A DNA stretch of 35,530 nucleotides from Oligoflexus sp. (GTDB lineage: Bacteria; Bdellovibrionota_B; Oligoflexia; Oligoflexales; Oligoflexaceae): the NCBI GenBank assembly GCA_041736305.1, contig JBGSTX010000171.1:1-35530 (forward strand). Reading direction: 5' to 3'. This document shows positions 18,426 to 27,779 of this stretch, piece after piece. The translations under genes were made by a program, and so were the position numbers. Positions within the stretch are counted from its first letter, which is position 1. The number at the start of each line of letters is the position of its first letter. Below the pieces are notes generated by a model. The model was not told where the DNA came from. It searched no databases and was given only the letters and a program-made list of their open reading frames with translations.

Positions 18426-19232
18426 ATGAAGAACCTTTCCCTCTGCTTCGCCTCGGCCCTAGCCCTCACTGCCTGTTCACTCGATTCGAGCAGCGGCTCT
18501 AAACAACCTTCATCTACTCTGAGTCAAAATCAGGAGCATGGGAATGGAGCTAAGGCCCCACCCGGAGTTCACGGCATGGTAATCTTTGGCGAAAATGAAA
18601 TCTTCGCTTCGCACATTCCCATGTTTATGATTCCGCATGATTGGCAAGCTCTCTTTAAAGTCACGCTCAGCCACCCTTCCGTCGATGCCATGGCTGTCTA
18701 TAAGAAGGCGCGCGCTCGCAACGGAAGTCTCTTGACGGTGCAGCCTAAGCCGTTTGTCTTGCCTCCACTTCTAAAAGGGGAGACAAAATCTTTTGAAGCT
18801 AATCTTTTCCTTGGAAACTTCGAGGATGGAGGTAAAGAGATTCTCTCTGGCATCACGGTCAGGGTCGAGAAAGTTTTAGAAGTGCACCATCTCTCGCCGG
18901 ATAACGTAGCTTTGACTTCGCTCAACTATTACCTTGTACAAGATGGGAAGACCGGCTACCTCGTTCACCAAATCAGCGCTCCCGACAATTTTGATCAGAT
19001 TATTGCCGTCGACATGCCAGCTCAATTTTCTCTTCCCGCTTCTGAAAAGCTACCCGTCTTGAATCTAGAGTATGCTGACAATCTCGATACCAAGCTCAAG
19101 AATGGCCAATCTTTCACTCTTACACCCGAAGGCAAGCTAATCCAAAATTCGATGCCAGGAGCCTCAACTCTAAATGTAAAGAGTGCTTTCTACTGCACCG
19201 TAGGCCCCGATTTTTTTAATCGCTGCGACTAA
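18426..19232 (+). CDS. Hypothetical lipoprotein with His/Met motifs
   Basis: Lipobox LTAC; GVHGM, ASHIPMF, PHDWQ; C-terminal Cys pair; AAGGA RBS. Confidence 0.8.
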   Translation: MKNLSLCFASALALTACSLDSSSGSKQPSSTLSQNQEHGNGAKAPPGVHGMVIFGENEIFASHIPMFMIPHDWQALFKVTLSHPSVDAMAVYKKARARNGSLLTVQPKPFVLPPLLKGETKSFEANLFLGNFEDGGKEILSGITVRVEKVLEVHHLSPDNVALTSLNYYLVQDGKTGYLVHQISAPDNFDQIIAVDMPAQFSLPASEKLPVLNLEYADNLDTKLKNGQSFTLTPEGKLIQNSMPGASTLNVKSAFYCTVGPDFFNRCD

Positions 19233-19245
19233 GGATAGCACCCAG

Positions 19246-20097
19246 ATGGAAAGATCAAGCTTAAAAATAGCGGCTTTCTTGCTTTCGCTGTCTTCGATGG
19301 AAGCCAGAGAACCTCTTACGGCCGCGGATGCTGGGGAGGCCACCCTGCAGATGCAACGCTTCGGTGAGAACGTGCTAATCCTGCGCCAGAGCAAGAGCGT
19401 GCATTACGAAGCCCCCTTTATGTATCTGCTGTTCGGGAAGGAGAAGGCTCTGCTTCTCGATACGGGAGCTGAAGTAGATTCTGGTTTTCCTCTTTGGACA
19501 ACGGTCGAAACTCTGATGCAGGAGCGTTACGGCGCAAGTCGCCAATCCGTTGAACTCATCGTCTCCCACACTCATGGGCACTCCGACCACATCGGCGGAG
19601 ACGCACAGTTCGCTTCGAAACCAGGGGTCCGCCTCGTCAGCCCGAATGAGGCTCCGCAATTTTTTGGAATTAAGAACTGGCCATACGACATCGGCGGTAT
19701 CGATCTTGGAGATCGCACTATTGATGTGATTCCCATCCCTGGCCACGAAGGACGCGATCTGGCTTTTTACGACGAAACATCGCAACTGCTCTTCTCTGGT
19801 GACAGCCTTCTGCCGGGGCGGATATACATCAGAAACTGGCCGCTGTTCCGTCAAAGTCTCGATCGCCTTGTCAATTTTCTTGGAACGAAGCCAGTAGAGT
19901 ACATACTCGGTGCCCACATTGAACTCGGTCTAGGTGGGCGTGAATATCCTGCCGGAACTCTAGTTCAAGAAGAAGAACTTCCCCTCATCCTTCGCAAGTC
20001 CGACCTGCTACTCATGCAAAAGAGAGTAAGGGCCCTCGAGCCTAACCCGAAGCGCGAAGTTCAGCCGCATTTTATTCTCGTTCCCGTCCCTAGCTAA
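19246..20097 (+). CDS. Secreted metallo-beta-lactamase-fold hydrolase
   Basis: LLDTG, HTHGHSDHIGGD (HxHxDH), PGH, FSGD, GAH; N-terminal signal-like sequence. Confidence 0.92.
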   Translation: MERSSLKIAAFLLSLSSMEAREPLTAADAGEATLQMQRFGENVLILRQSKSVHYEAPFMYLLFGKEKALLLDTGAEVDSGFPLWTTVETLMQERYGASRQSVELIVSHTHGHSDHIGGDAQFASKPGVRLVSPNEAPQFFGIKNWPYDIGGIDLGDRTIDVIPIPGHEGRDLAFYDETSQLLFSGDSLLPGRIYIRNWPLFRQSLDRLVNFLGTKPVEYILGAHIELGLGGREYPAGTLVQEEELPLILRKSDLLLMQKRVRALEPNPKREVQPHFILVPVPS

Positions 20098-20313
20098 ATC
20101 AAAGGAATGCGTTGCTTATTCGTGGGACGAGCCATCAGCCTGTGAAGCGTTAAGCAGGTGTCAAGAAGTTTGGCAGTCCACATCCACCCCTAAGAGAGGT
20201 CGAGAGTCTGCGCTTGAGAAGCTAATATCTCGATTGTCAAATGTCTGGCCAAATTTGAGCCTGCTAGAGCTTCAATTCTGTTTTGAAATCCCTTCCTTCC
20301 GTCCCCGGAGTCC

Positions 20314-20329
20314 TGGCACCTCACTTGCA
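20314..20329 (+). promoter_or_regulatory. sigma54 -24/-12 promoter
   Basis: TGGCACCTCACTTGCA (GG-N10-GC), ~60 bp before ATG 20392. Confidence 0.75.
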
Positions 20330-20391
20330 ATCTCAAGCGAACATTCGCTAGACGAATCGTCGACCACAGAAAATTAAAGGGAGCGAGAGAG

Positions 20392-22797
20392 ATGCTGAAG
20401 CGGGCTTGTATCGGAGGAACCTTGTTGCTTTTCATTCTGGCGGCCGCTTGCAAGAAGAATAAAGCTTCGGACTTGACCGAAGAGCTAACTGAGGACGAGC
20501 GAGGCGATGGGATGCGGTTGGCGCTGCTTCAGCTCCGTGAGGGATTGACCGAAATGCCCATGGAGCAGCTGCTTAATTCAGGCGCTTTGAAGCCAAGCGA
20601 TCCAGTGATCGATCAGACTCTAACGCGCAACCTCCGCGAAGGTCTCGTGGGCAGCGCCCGCTACCTGCAAAGCATTCGCGAAGGCGAAGCGAGGGTGATG
20701 AGAACGGATCGCTATGCGGTCGAGCTTTCTCAGGGACCATTTAAGATTAAGGGCTGGTCCGGGGAGTTTCCCTTCGATCTCAAGGCCGGTGGACACATTG
20801 AAATTTCACGTCCCTTCCCAAGTCGCGAAGCGGCTGGTTCAGCGGCCCGTCCTTCCCTGGATGAGCTGCCTTATTCAGTTGAGAATGTCTTGCGCCTGGA
20901 TCCCGGTACCTATGTTTCCATTCCGGTGACGGGCCGTCTGGCTCTTGAGGCGAATGGTCGCACCCTCTCACAGGCTTTTCAACACGCTGATGAGCTTGCT
21001 AAATTTATCACAACCTCAGCGACAGGGACCCTCTCGGGCGCTGCTCAGGGGACTATGGTCGGAAGTGGCTTTTTTCAACTTCAGCTCGTGCGTTTGGATG
21101 AGAACAAAGTCCGTGTGCGCGTTACTTCTGGATCCGACTGGAACGGTGCGGCCAGTGGCAAGCTTGATCTCGCTGGTGGCTTCCGCTATGTGTTTCTGCC
21201 TTCGGCACCATTGCAGAAAATTCGTGATTTTAAGGAAAAAATTGAGCAGGGCATCAAGCACAACCCGGCACGTGACTCCCTGACTAACGTACGGCAGAGA
21301 ATCGAGGCCTTTAAAAAGGAAGCCTCGAACGAAGTTCGGGCGGTCATCGACAGTGTTCCGGGCGAAGTGAAAGTTCCGGCACTTGAACAATTGCTCAATC
21401 AAGCGAACCAGGCTGTCGACACTGCAGTCGCCCATGCCGAGCAAACCGAGGCGAGTCTGGCCAAGCTGGATCAAACTATCTTTGGACGAGCCGATGCAGC
21501 TGTAGAACAGGTGAATTCTGCTTACCAGTCGAAACTTGCTCCAACGGTGGACGCGCTCAAGTCGCATTCTAACCGCGTGCTCGATATGAAGGCAGCACTC
21601 GAGCTTCGGGCTGACTTCAAAGATAAGGTTCGCAATATTGCTGATTATGTCTTTGACCTCAGTTCGCCTGAGGGGCGTCAGGCCTTTGAACGCGCTTTCT
21701 TTGGTCGGACCGTTTGGATGTCGGCTGCTGCCGAGCCGACATCCCAGAAACTGAGCGGCCAGCTTTTCTATGACCTGACGGCGGCTGAGTCGATCGCTGC
21801 AGAGGACGAAGGCAAAGCTTCCCGCCGCGTCGAGCGGCTGGCGACCGTCATGGGTGAGCTGCGAGAAGATCACATTGGACTTGGCTTTCAGAGCGTTTAC
21901 TTCAAGGCCGGTACGGACCGCTATCTGAAAGAGAATCGGGTGGCGCTACGTGATAGCAAAGGTCGCCACGAGGACTGGCTGTCTCGCGTCTGGGAATTCA
22001 ACCACGATGTGAAAATCGGCAACTTGGGTGCTAAGGAAACCTATGCCAGCGGTTTTCTGACTCCGGTGCAAGATGATAAGCTTGCTTCTGGCGCATACTG
22101 GTTCACCTGGAAGGGTGCTTTTGGTACTCGGGAGAAGGCTCCCGTGAAGCGCTCACTGGAAACAGCTCATATGCTGCTTGGGCCACTCGCCGTGCGGCAC
22201 GGGGTGCCGGCACTCTATGCAGGCGAACATCCGGGACAGGTGGACGCACGCTTCAGTGTGGTATTTCATGGTGAAGCTCTTTCTGCCATTTTTGATGCGA
22301 ATAGGGCCACCGATGCTCTGCTGTGGAAAGCTATGGCGCATCTAGCCCAAACTGTAAATGCTGAGGAGATTGGTCTGCCTTTCGCCGATACCGCGATGCA
22401 ACCCCAAGGCCTGGCAACGATCCCCGGTGCAGTGGAAGCTTGCGAGGTGGTGGCTCTCTACTGGGGACGCCTCTACTGCTCGATCTTTCAGGAAGACTTC
22501 CTGAAGAAACTCCATCAAGTGCGGCGGAGCACGGACCCAGTGGCTCGCTTGGCGTTTTTTGAACAGTATTATCGAACCGGCTTTCTCTTCAATCGCTTGG
22601 GAGCCAAACTTCTGGTTCGCTTCATGGCTGAACTTATGGAAAGGCTGGAGCTCAGTGATAGGGTGGAGCTGGATGTGTCAATTGTCAATAATGATAATCC
22701 TTCGATGGCGGCCAGCCCCAGTCTAAAAAGTGGGAAGTCGCGAGAGATTCAGATGCTTGATTCACTTGATCTGCTTGAGGTAGGTCCGGTGCGGTGA
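20392..22797 (+). CDS. Large hypothetical lipoprotein
   Basis: 801 aa; lipobox AAAC-KK; beta-rich segments flank a long helical insert. Confidence 0.85.
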   Translation: MLKRACIGGTLLLFILAAACKKNKASDLTEELTEDERGDGMRLALLQLREGLTEMPMEQLLNSGALKPSDPVIDQTLTRNLREGLVGSARYLQSIREGEARVMRTDRYAVELSQGPFKIKGWSGEFPFDLKAGGHIEISRPFPSREAAGSAARPSLDELPYSVENVLRLDPGTYVSIPVTGRLALEANGRTLSQAFQHADELAKFITTSATGTLSGAAQGTMVGSGFFQLQLVRLDENKVRVRVTSGSDWNGAASGKLDLAGGFRYVFLPSAPLQKIRDFKEKIEQGIKHNPARDSLTNVRQRIEAFKKEASNEVRAVIDSVPGEVKVPALEQLLNQANQAVDTAVAHAEQTEASLAKLDQTIFGRADAAVEQVNSAYQSKLAPTVDALKSHSNRVLDMKAALELRADFKDKVRNIADYVFDLSSPEGRQAFERAFFGRTVWMSAAAEPTSQKLSGQLFYDLTAAESIAAEDEGKASRRVERLATVMGELREDHIGLGFQSVYFKAGTDRYLKENRVALRDSKGRHEDWLSRVWEFNHDVKIGNLGAKETYASGFLTPVQDDKLASGAYWFTWKGAFGTREKAPVKRSLETAHMLLGPLAVRHGVPALYAGEHPGQVDARFSVVFHGEALSAIFDANRATDALLWKAMAHLAQTVNAEEIGLPFADTAMQPQGLATIPGAVEACEVVALYWGRLYCSIFQEDFLKKLHQVRRSTDPVARLAFFEQYYRTGFLFNRLGAKLLVRFMAELMERLELSDRVELDVSIVNNDNPSMAASPSLKSGKSREIQMLDSLDLLEVGPVR

Positions 22798-22888
22798 GTA
22801 GCGTCGGTAAGGTCGTGCTGCATCTTCATCGAGCAGCACATCTTTCACTTTGACGAATTGCCAGTTAATAAGAGCCCACGGCGCAACT

Positions 22889-22929
22889 TCCCGGGCTGTT
22901 TCACGCCTGTGAGACAGCCCGGGATTTTT
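22889..22929 (+). terminator. Rho-independent terminator
   Basis: TCCCGGGCTGTTTCAC-gcct-GTGAGACAGCCCGGGA (16-bp stem with one G-U pair) followed by TTTTT. Confidence 0.75.
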
Positions 22930-23069
22930 ATCGTCTTGAAATCATTGTATTATATAGACATCAAAATAAATCATCAAATAGTGAAAATAATGAATTATTC
23001 AATCAGATAGGTTTGCTGATATTCCATCATCTGTCAGTAGAAACAAAGCACTCACTAAGGATGAAGCCC

Positions 23070-24155
23070 ATGAAAAGCCTATTGAATAGTCTCGCTAAAC
23101 CTCTCAGTCTCAGTCTATTCCTTGCTGCAGGCTCCGCGCAGAGCGCAGAGCTGATCCCCCAAATTGACTGCAGCGGCAGCATCAAAGTTCTGAAAACCAG
23201 CGAAGCTTTTGGTAAGGCTGATGCTTACGGAAATTATCAGATTCTCCGTCCCGGCTTAGTAAGTTTCAAAGCAGAGGTAGAGTTTGCTCCCATCACAGCT
23301 GCTTGCGAAGACGCAGTGAGCCAGCTAGGAATAAAGCCCTATGTAAAGTCTGAGATGGTATTTCAAGGAACGCTGGCCCAAGGATCGACTAACATTGCCC
23401 AGAAGCTGGCTGACGAAATTGTGGGACAGACTCTCTCATATCAACTTGTCGTCAAGGCAAATGAAACGGGCCCTAACTTCCCGACCAAAATTTTGGCCGC
23501 TAAGGTAGGACCTGAAGTTAAGTTCGTGGGGAGCAGCGATTTGGGCCCAATTTCTCTAAGCTCGTTTGCTAGTGAGAACATCGTTCTTTCCTCTGCTCAC
23601 GCGCCAAAGGCATTTAGCAGTCTCAGCGATGCCGATAAGCTGGCTGACGCTACTCTGATTTTTAACGAGCCAAAATTTTTGGCGAATATTGGTTCTGAAG
23701 CTGGGCTGTTGGAGAGCTTTCTCAAGAAGACTCTGATTCCTGAAGGTTCGGCCGCGAAGAAAGCCTATCTTGATCTGGTGACTTCTGCTCTTTTAACGAA
23801 GATTGCTCCTGATGATCAATATCTTGTCTTGAACTTAGATGGTGATAAAACCATCGGCGATTTGATCAGCAAGCTGGCGAGTGGACCCGGGGTTTCGACA
23901 ACGGAGGAAAAAGCTCAGCTGCTGCTTACCTTTCCAGGTGTCCTTTATGGGTATGAGACTTGCCTCGCTGAAGACGCAGACGTGTTGCTCGGCTTTTTGT
24001 CTAAGGCACAGGCTTTTCAAGCAGCCTGGACAGGTCATGGAAGTAGCTTAGAAGTTGTACTGGAAAAGCTCGACGAGGGTGGAACCTGTGTCTACCAATC
24101 GAGCCTTAATGACGAGATGCAAGGGCTTATCGGAAGCGCACTAGGGAAAATTTGA
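23070..24155 (+). CDS. Hypothetical secreted protein
   Basis: Signal peptide ending AQSA; two Cys pairs. Start at 23061 or 23070. Confidence 0.8.
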   Translation: MKSLLNSLAKPLSLSLFLAAGSAQSAELIPQIDCSGSIKVLKTSEAFGKADAYGNYQILRPGLVSFKAEVEFAPITAACEDAVSQLGIKPYVKSEMVFQGTLAQGSTNIAQKLADEIVGQTLSYQLVVKANETGPNFPTKILAAKVGPEVKFVGSSDLGPISLSSFASENIVLSSAHAPKAFSSLSDADKLADATLIFNEPKFLANIGSEAGLLESFLKKTLIPEGSAAKKAYLDLVTSALLTKIAPDDQYLVLNLDGDKTIGDLISKLASGPGVSTTEEKAQLLLTFPGVLYGYETCLAEDADVLLGFLSKAQAFQAAWTGHGSSLEVVLEKLDEGGTCVYQSSLNDEMQGLIGSALGKI

Positions 24156-24300
24156 GCAAGGCCCATAGAGAACTCGAATATGGGTTCTCATTTGAATATG
24201 GTGCCCTACTTTGCCCAATAAAGCTCTTGCTCTGCTTCTATGGCATGTAGTACAGATGTGCTACTCGATTAGTGAGAAAAATCACCGCTAAGGAAAAAAA

Positions 24301-24801
24301 ATGAAGCACACATCGATCTCGGTAAAATCTGGTTTTTTCGCTGCCATGGTCCTGACGTTAAGCCTAGGTGCCTGTAGCAATCAGGAATCAGATAATTCTC
24401 TCCTGGCAACAGCCCCAGCTGCTAGCCTAGCTAAATTCAGTATCGATCATAGGGTTACTGGGCAACTCCCAACTGCCCCCGCTGGGATCGAAGGCGAAAC
24501 CTTCATTTTTGCTAAGAGTGACGATGGGGTCCAAATGAAATCAGGAAGCGGCTCGTACCAGACTGAATGGGGTACTAGCGCCATCAATATGCAAACCCTT
24601 CTTATTACGAATGAGGATTTTCAATATGGCTCCAATGAATACTCGCCCGAATCTGATCTAACTCTATGGTGTGATCAGCTCGTATCCACTGTCATTTCGT
24701 CCCTAAATTCCGCAATGGCTGTAAGTCCTGAGCAAGAGCTAGTAGCTGCAGGAAGCTGGTCGGCGGCTCTCAATTCACTTTATAATCAAAAATGTAAATA
24801 A
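24301..24801 (+). CDS. Hypothetical lipoprotein
   Basis: AAGGA RBS; lipobox LGAC; 166 aa. Confidence 0.8.
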   Translation: MKHTSISVKSGFFAAMVLTLSLGACSNQESDNSLLATAPAASLAKFSIDHRVTGQLPTAPAGIEGETFIFAKSDDGVQMKSGSGSYQTEWGTSAINMQTLLITNEDFQYGSNEYSPESDLTLWCDQLVSTVISSLNSAMAVSPEQELVAAGSWSAALNSLYNQKCK

Positions 24802-24887
24802 TAGGCATCTCATAGATATTTGTGAGTGGGGTGGGGGTGAAGAGTCCCCCGATCTCATCCCACTTTCTCCGGAGCCTTAATTCAGAC

Positions 24888-25877
24888 TTAGGGCGTTTTT
24901 GCCTGCTCATACTTCACTTCGACCTTGGCACCAGCTGCCAGAACACTAGCCGAGAGGAACGAGATGGCATTGTTCTTCCCATCATAAAACCAGAGATCTC
25001 GCGTCGCCGGTTTTTCATTCACATTCACGGTAATGGTCCTGGGGTCTGCAGGCTTTTCGGCAAGTTTAAAGCTCAGATTGCGCTTGGTGATCTCGCTTGT
25101 CAGCGTGGTAAAAATCTGAACGAAGTTGGCGCTGCAAACGTCAATGAGCGAGCCATTCAACTTCTTACTCAATTCGATGTACTCTTGGCCTACAGCTTCG
25201 ATCGTACACTCATCAGACTCTACTGAGTCGGCCATAGCAACAACAGCGCTGACATTAGCTTTGAGGGCGTTGGCAGGATCAAAGTCGACCGCTAGATTTC
25301 CGTCATCTTCCCCGTTCCCCGTGGAAAATAGCACCACCTCAAGCTTTGCACCTGGCCGAAACGCCAAAGGAGCTGCGAGAGCATCACCTGCTGCGTCCAC
25401 ATACTGCTCGGCAAATCCATTGGCAAACAATGTACCGAGGAGACCGATGATGTCGGTGGGACCAACGGCTTGATCGATGAAGCCGATTTTTGCGGCCGCT
25501 AGATCAGGTAGTACGAGGGGCTCATTAGTCATGAAGTGAATCTGAGTATCCATCGCTGTGGATAGCGCTTTGCCCAGAATATTCAACTGCGCTGCGAGCA
25601 CATCGATTCCTCGACCATCACCCACCGCTGCATCTGTAGCGATGACCAGATCCAATTTTTGATCAACCGTGAAGGCATTAGTTAGTAGCACTTTTTCTGG
25701 CTCTTTTGGGGTTTCTGCGGGAACGATCTCAGGCTCTTTCTCCAAGACGACAGCACTTTGGTCGGCACTGATTCCCGTGGCATCAATCCTTTCAGCCTTC
25801 GCCGGTGGCTTTGAGCAAGCAAAACCTCCCAGTGACACAAGGGCGAGCGAACGGACAAATAGATTGGTCGCTTTCAT
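24888..25877 (-). CDS. Lipoprotein with a degenerate vWA-like domain and C-terminal beta-sandwich
   Basis: Lipobox GFAC; KLDLVIATD, LEVVLFST, GQEYIELSKKLNGSLIDVC; ends VEVKY. Confidence 0.75.
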   Translation of the reverse strand: MKATNLFVRSLALVSLGGFACSKPPAKAERIDATGISADQSAVVLEKEPEIVPAETPKEPEKVLLTNAFTVDQKLDLVIATDAAVGDGRGIDVLAAQLNILGKALSTAMDTQIHFMTNEPLVLPDLAAAKIGFIDQAVGPTDIIGLLGTLFANGFAEQYVDAAGDALAAPLAFRPGAKLEVVLFSTGNGEDDGNLAVDFDPANALKANVSAVVAMADSVESDECTIEAVGQEYIELSKKLNGSLIDVCSANFVQIFTTLTSEITKRNLSFKLAEKPADPRTITVNVNEKPATRDLWFYDGKNNAISFLSASVLAAGAKVEVKYEQAKTP

Positions 25878-25930
25878 GGCTTTACCTCTAAAGTGCGATG
25901 GTCGAGTCTCTTAGTCTGCAAACCCGCTTT

Positions 25931-25946
25931 TGCAACTCATATTCCA
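25931..25946 (-). promoter_or_regulatory. sigma54 -24/-12 promoter
   Basis: Minus strand TGGAATATGAGTTGCA (GG-N10-GC), ~55 bp before ATG 25877. Confidence 0.65.
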
Positions 25947-26480
25947 CTCGACGCTTTCATTTTGAACGAGGCTCAAGCGGTGAAATCAACTCAGCTTTTA
26001 AAATCATACGAAATTGTAACTATTTAATTTTATTAGTTTAGTAAGGGTTTTACGAAACAGAGTTTCGGCAATGTCTCACTCTTGTCGAGGCTTTAGAAAA
26101 TGTTTAGCGAAATCGAGGCAGAAATAACAATGTTAGGCGCTCAACAGGAGGATGAATTTATAGGGCCCATAGCGCGCTCGGGCTCCAGCGAGAGTCTATG
26201 TTGGAAAGCGGCGCTGTTGATTTCAGCAGCCACACTCCAGCCTGAAGCCGCCAATGAGCGATATCGGCTCGCTGTCGTTAGTCGCGATTTCAATGAGATA
26301 AGGTCTAGTAGAAAGAGTTAGTTCGAGTTCGTTCGATTGCCTGCGTAGCTAAAGCGGACGGCTGGCGCCTTTACGCTGAGCTTAATAAACTTTAGCCAGG
26401 GTTACAAAGGCGAGGTGCAAAAGACGTATGACGTGCGGCTGCTCGCCTTCGTGCTGCTGTTGCACGACAGCATACGACTC

Positions 26481-26524
26481 CTGCATGCAAACCTCCCATC
26501 TTCTAATGGGAGGTTTGCATGCAG
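26481..26524. repeat. Perfect 19-bp inverted repeat
   Basis: CTGCATGCAAACCTCCCAT-cttcta-ATGGGAGGTTTGCATGCAG, 25 bp past the stop of the 26550 gene. Confidence 0.9.
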
Positions 26525-26549
26525 AAGCTCAATTAAAGATTCTAGCTTC

Positions 26550-27128
26550 TCACATGGAAGCGGCAACGATATCTTCCACAGCCTTGCGGATGCCGTCTAG
26601 ATCGGCATCCATGGCCGCTGCCACGAGATCTTTTACAGCATCAAGGATAGCCGCTACATCGGCCGCTCCAGCAGCATCGACAGCAGCAAGACCAAATCCA
26701 CCGAAACTTTGACCGATAGCGGTAGAGGTAAGATTGCTACGCGCAGTCGCAATGCTCTGAGCATTTTTAGAGTCTACTGCCACAAGTAAATTGTTTACAG
26801 AGTCGTTGAGAGCAGATTTACGATTTGCAGGAAGCTGAGAGGCATCAATGATGCTACGCGAAGCACTCGTGGAGCTTTCAAGGGTAGCGAGAGCTTTCGG
26901 AGCAGGGCCTGTGCCTGCACCTATTGGATTACTAACCTGACCGGCATTGGCGGAGCTTTCGTCTCCAGTCTCGCTTTGGCTAAGATTTTCAGTGTTTGTT
27001 TCGACTTGTTCGTTCTGAGCAGTGGGTATCTGAGCTTTGCCACTGGTGCCGCTGTAATTACTTCCATTGCTGCCACAGGCGGTCAGAGCTGTGAGCATGA
27101 TTCCATGGACAAGAAAAGCTATACGCAT
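26550..27128 (-). CDS. Hypothetical lipoprotein (low-complexity linker plus helical domain)
   Basis: GAGG RBS precedes ATG 27128; lipobox LTAC. Confidence 0.8.
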   Translation of the reverse strand: MRIAFLVHGIMLTALTACGSNGSNYSGTSGKAQIPTAQNEQVETNTENLSQSETGDESSANAGQVSNPIGAGTGPAPKALATLESSTSASRSIIDASQLPANRKSALNDSVNNLLVAVDSKNAQSIATARSNLTSTAIGQSFGGFGLAAVDAAGAADVAAILDAVKDLVAAAMDADLDGIRKAVEDIVAASM

Positions 27129-27172
27129 AATAAATACCTCTTCACTGGGAGACGGTGATTGCACTTTCCTCT

Positions 27173-27188
27173 TGCATCGACTGTTCCA
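27173..27188 (-). promoter_or_regulatory. sigma54 -24/-12 promoter
   Basis: Minus strand TGGAACAGTCGATGCA (GG-N10-GC), ~45 bp before ATG 27128. Confidence 0.6.
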
Positions 27189-27710
27189 CGGAAATAGCCA
27201 GTAAAAGTAGGGAGTTATCTTCAAAGAAAAGCACGTTTTTATAGACAGGCTCGAGGGCTAAGTAAGAATTAGCGAACTTAATGCTTGAAAAATATTACTT
27301 GAAGAACATTTTTGGGGGATTTCTGGCGGCGCCTAATCTGTAGCCACTCTTTCTGCGTCTCTTGAGATCGAACCCCAACTTAATGCAAGCTCTTCATGAC
27401 ATCCACCACGCACGAGGCCGCCGATATCCAGCTGAATTGCGCGAGCTGGTTCAGCAGGGGAGATTGTCAGGCATTCGTCAAATCGATTTAAAGCAGAAGC
27501 ACGTGAGTAGCATGTAGCGGTGAGCAATCTCAAATCTGACTAGAAAATGATAGTTCGCAAGAATTTATACACAGGTGGCTTGACAATTTCCTCTGTAGAA
27601 GTGACCGCTTCCGATTCAAACCACTTTTCTTAATCTCCAGTAGGCCATAATTATTGCGAAACTCTAAGCCCGAATAAAGTTGGCGCGAGCCTGGACACTT
27701 TCACTGAGTC

Positions 27711-27726
27711 TGGTACGCGTCTTGCT
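27711..27726 (+). promoter_or_regulatory. sigma54 -24/-12 promoter
   Basis: TGGTACGCGTCTTGCT (GG-N10-GC), ~55 bp before ATG 27780. Confidence 0.75.
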
Positions 27727-27779
27727 CAACTGCCTGGGTAGCACACAATCACTTTAAATCCATGAAAAGGGGAAGTTTG

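Noticed and set aside
21016-21873. Long antisense ORFs (also 7910..8416, 17583..18113, 19375..19917, 34467..35111)
   Set aside because: Shadows of well-supported genes on the opposite strand, with no motifs.
22975-23010. Fur-box-like AT-rich palindrome (TGAATTATTCA)
   Set aside because: Only about 10/19 match to the Fur consensus, and no iron-related gene follows.
27383-27517. Short ORF MQALHDIHHARGRRYPAELRELVQQG resembling a transposase/IS66 accessory HTH start
   Set aside because: Only a short motif-level resemblance, too weak to call without a search.
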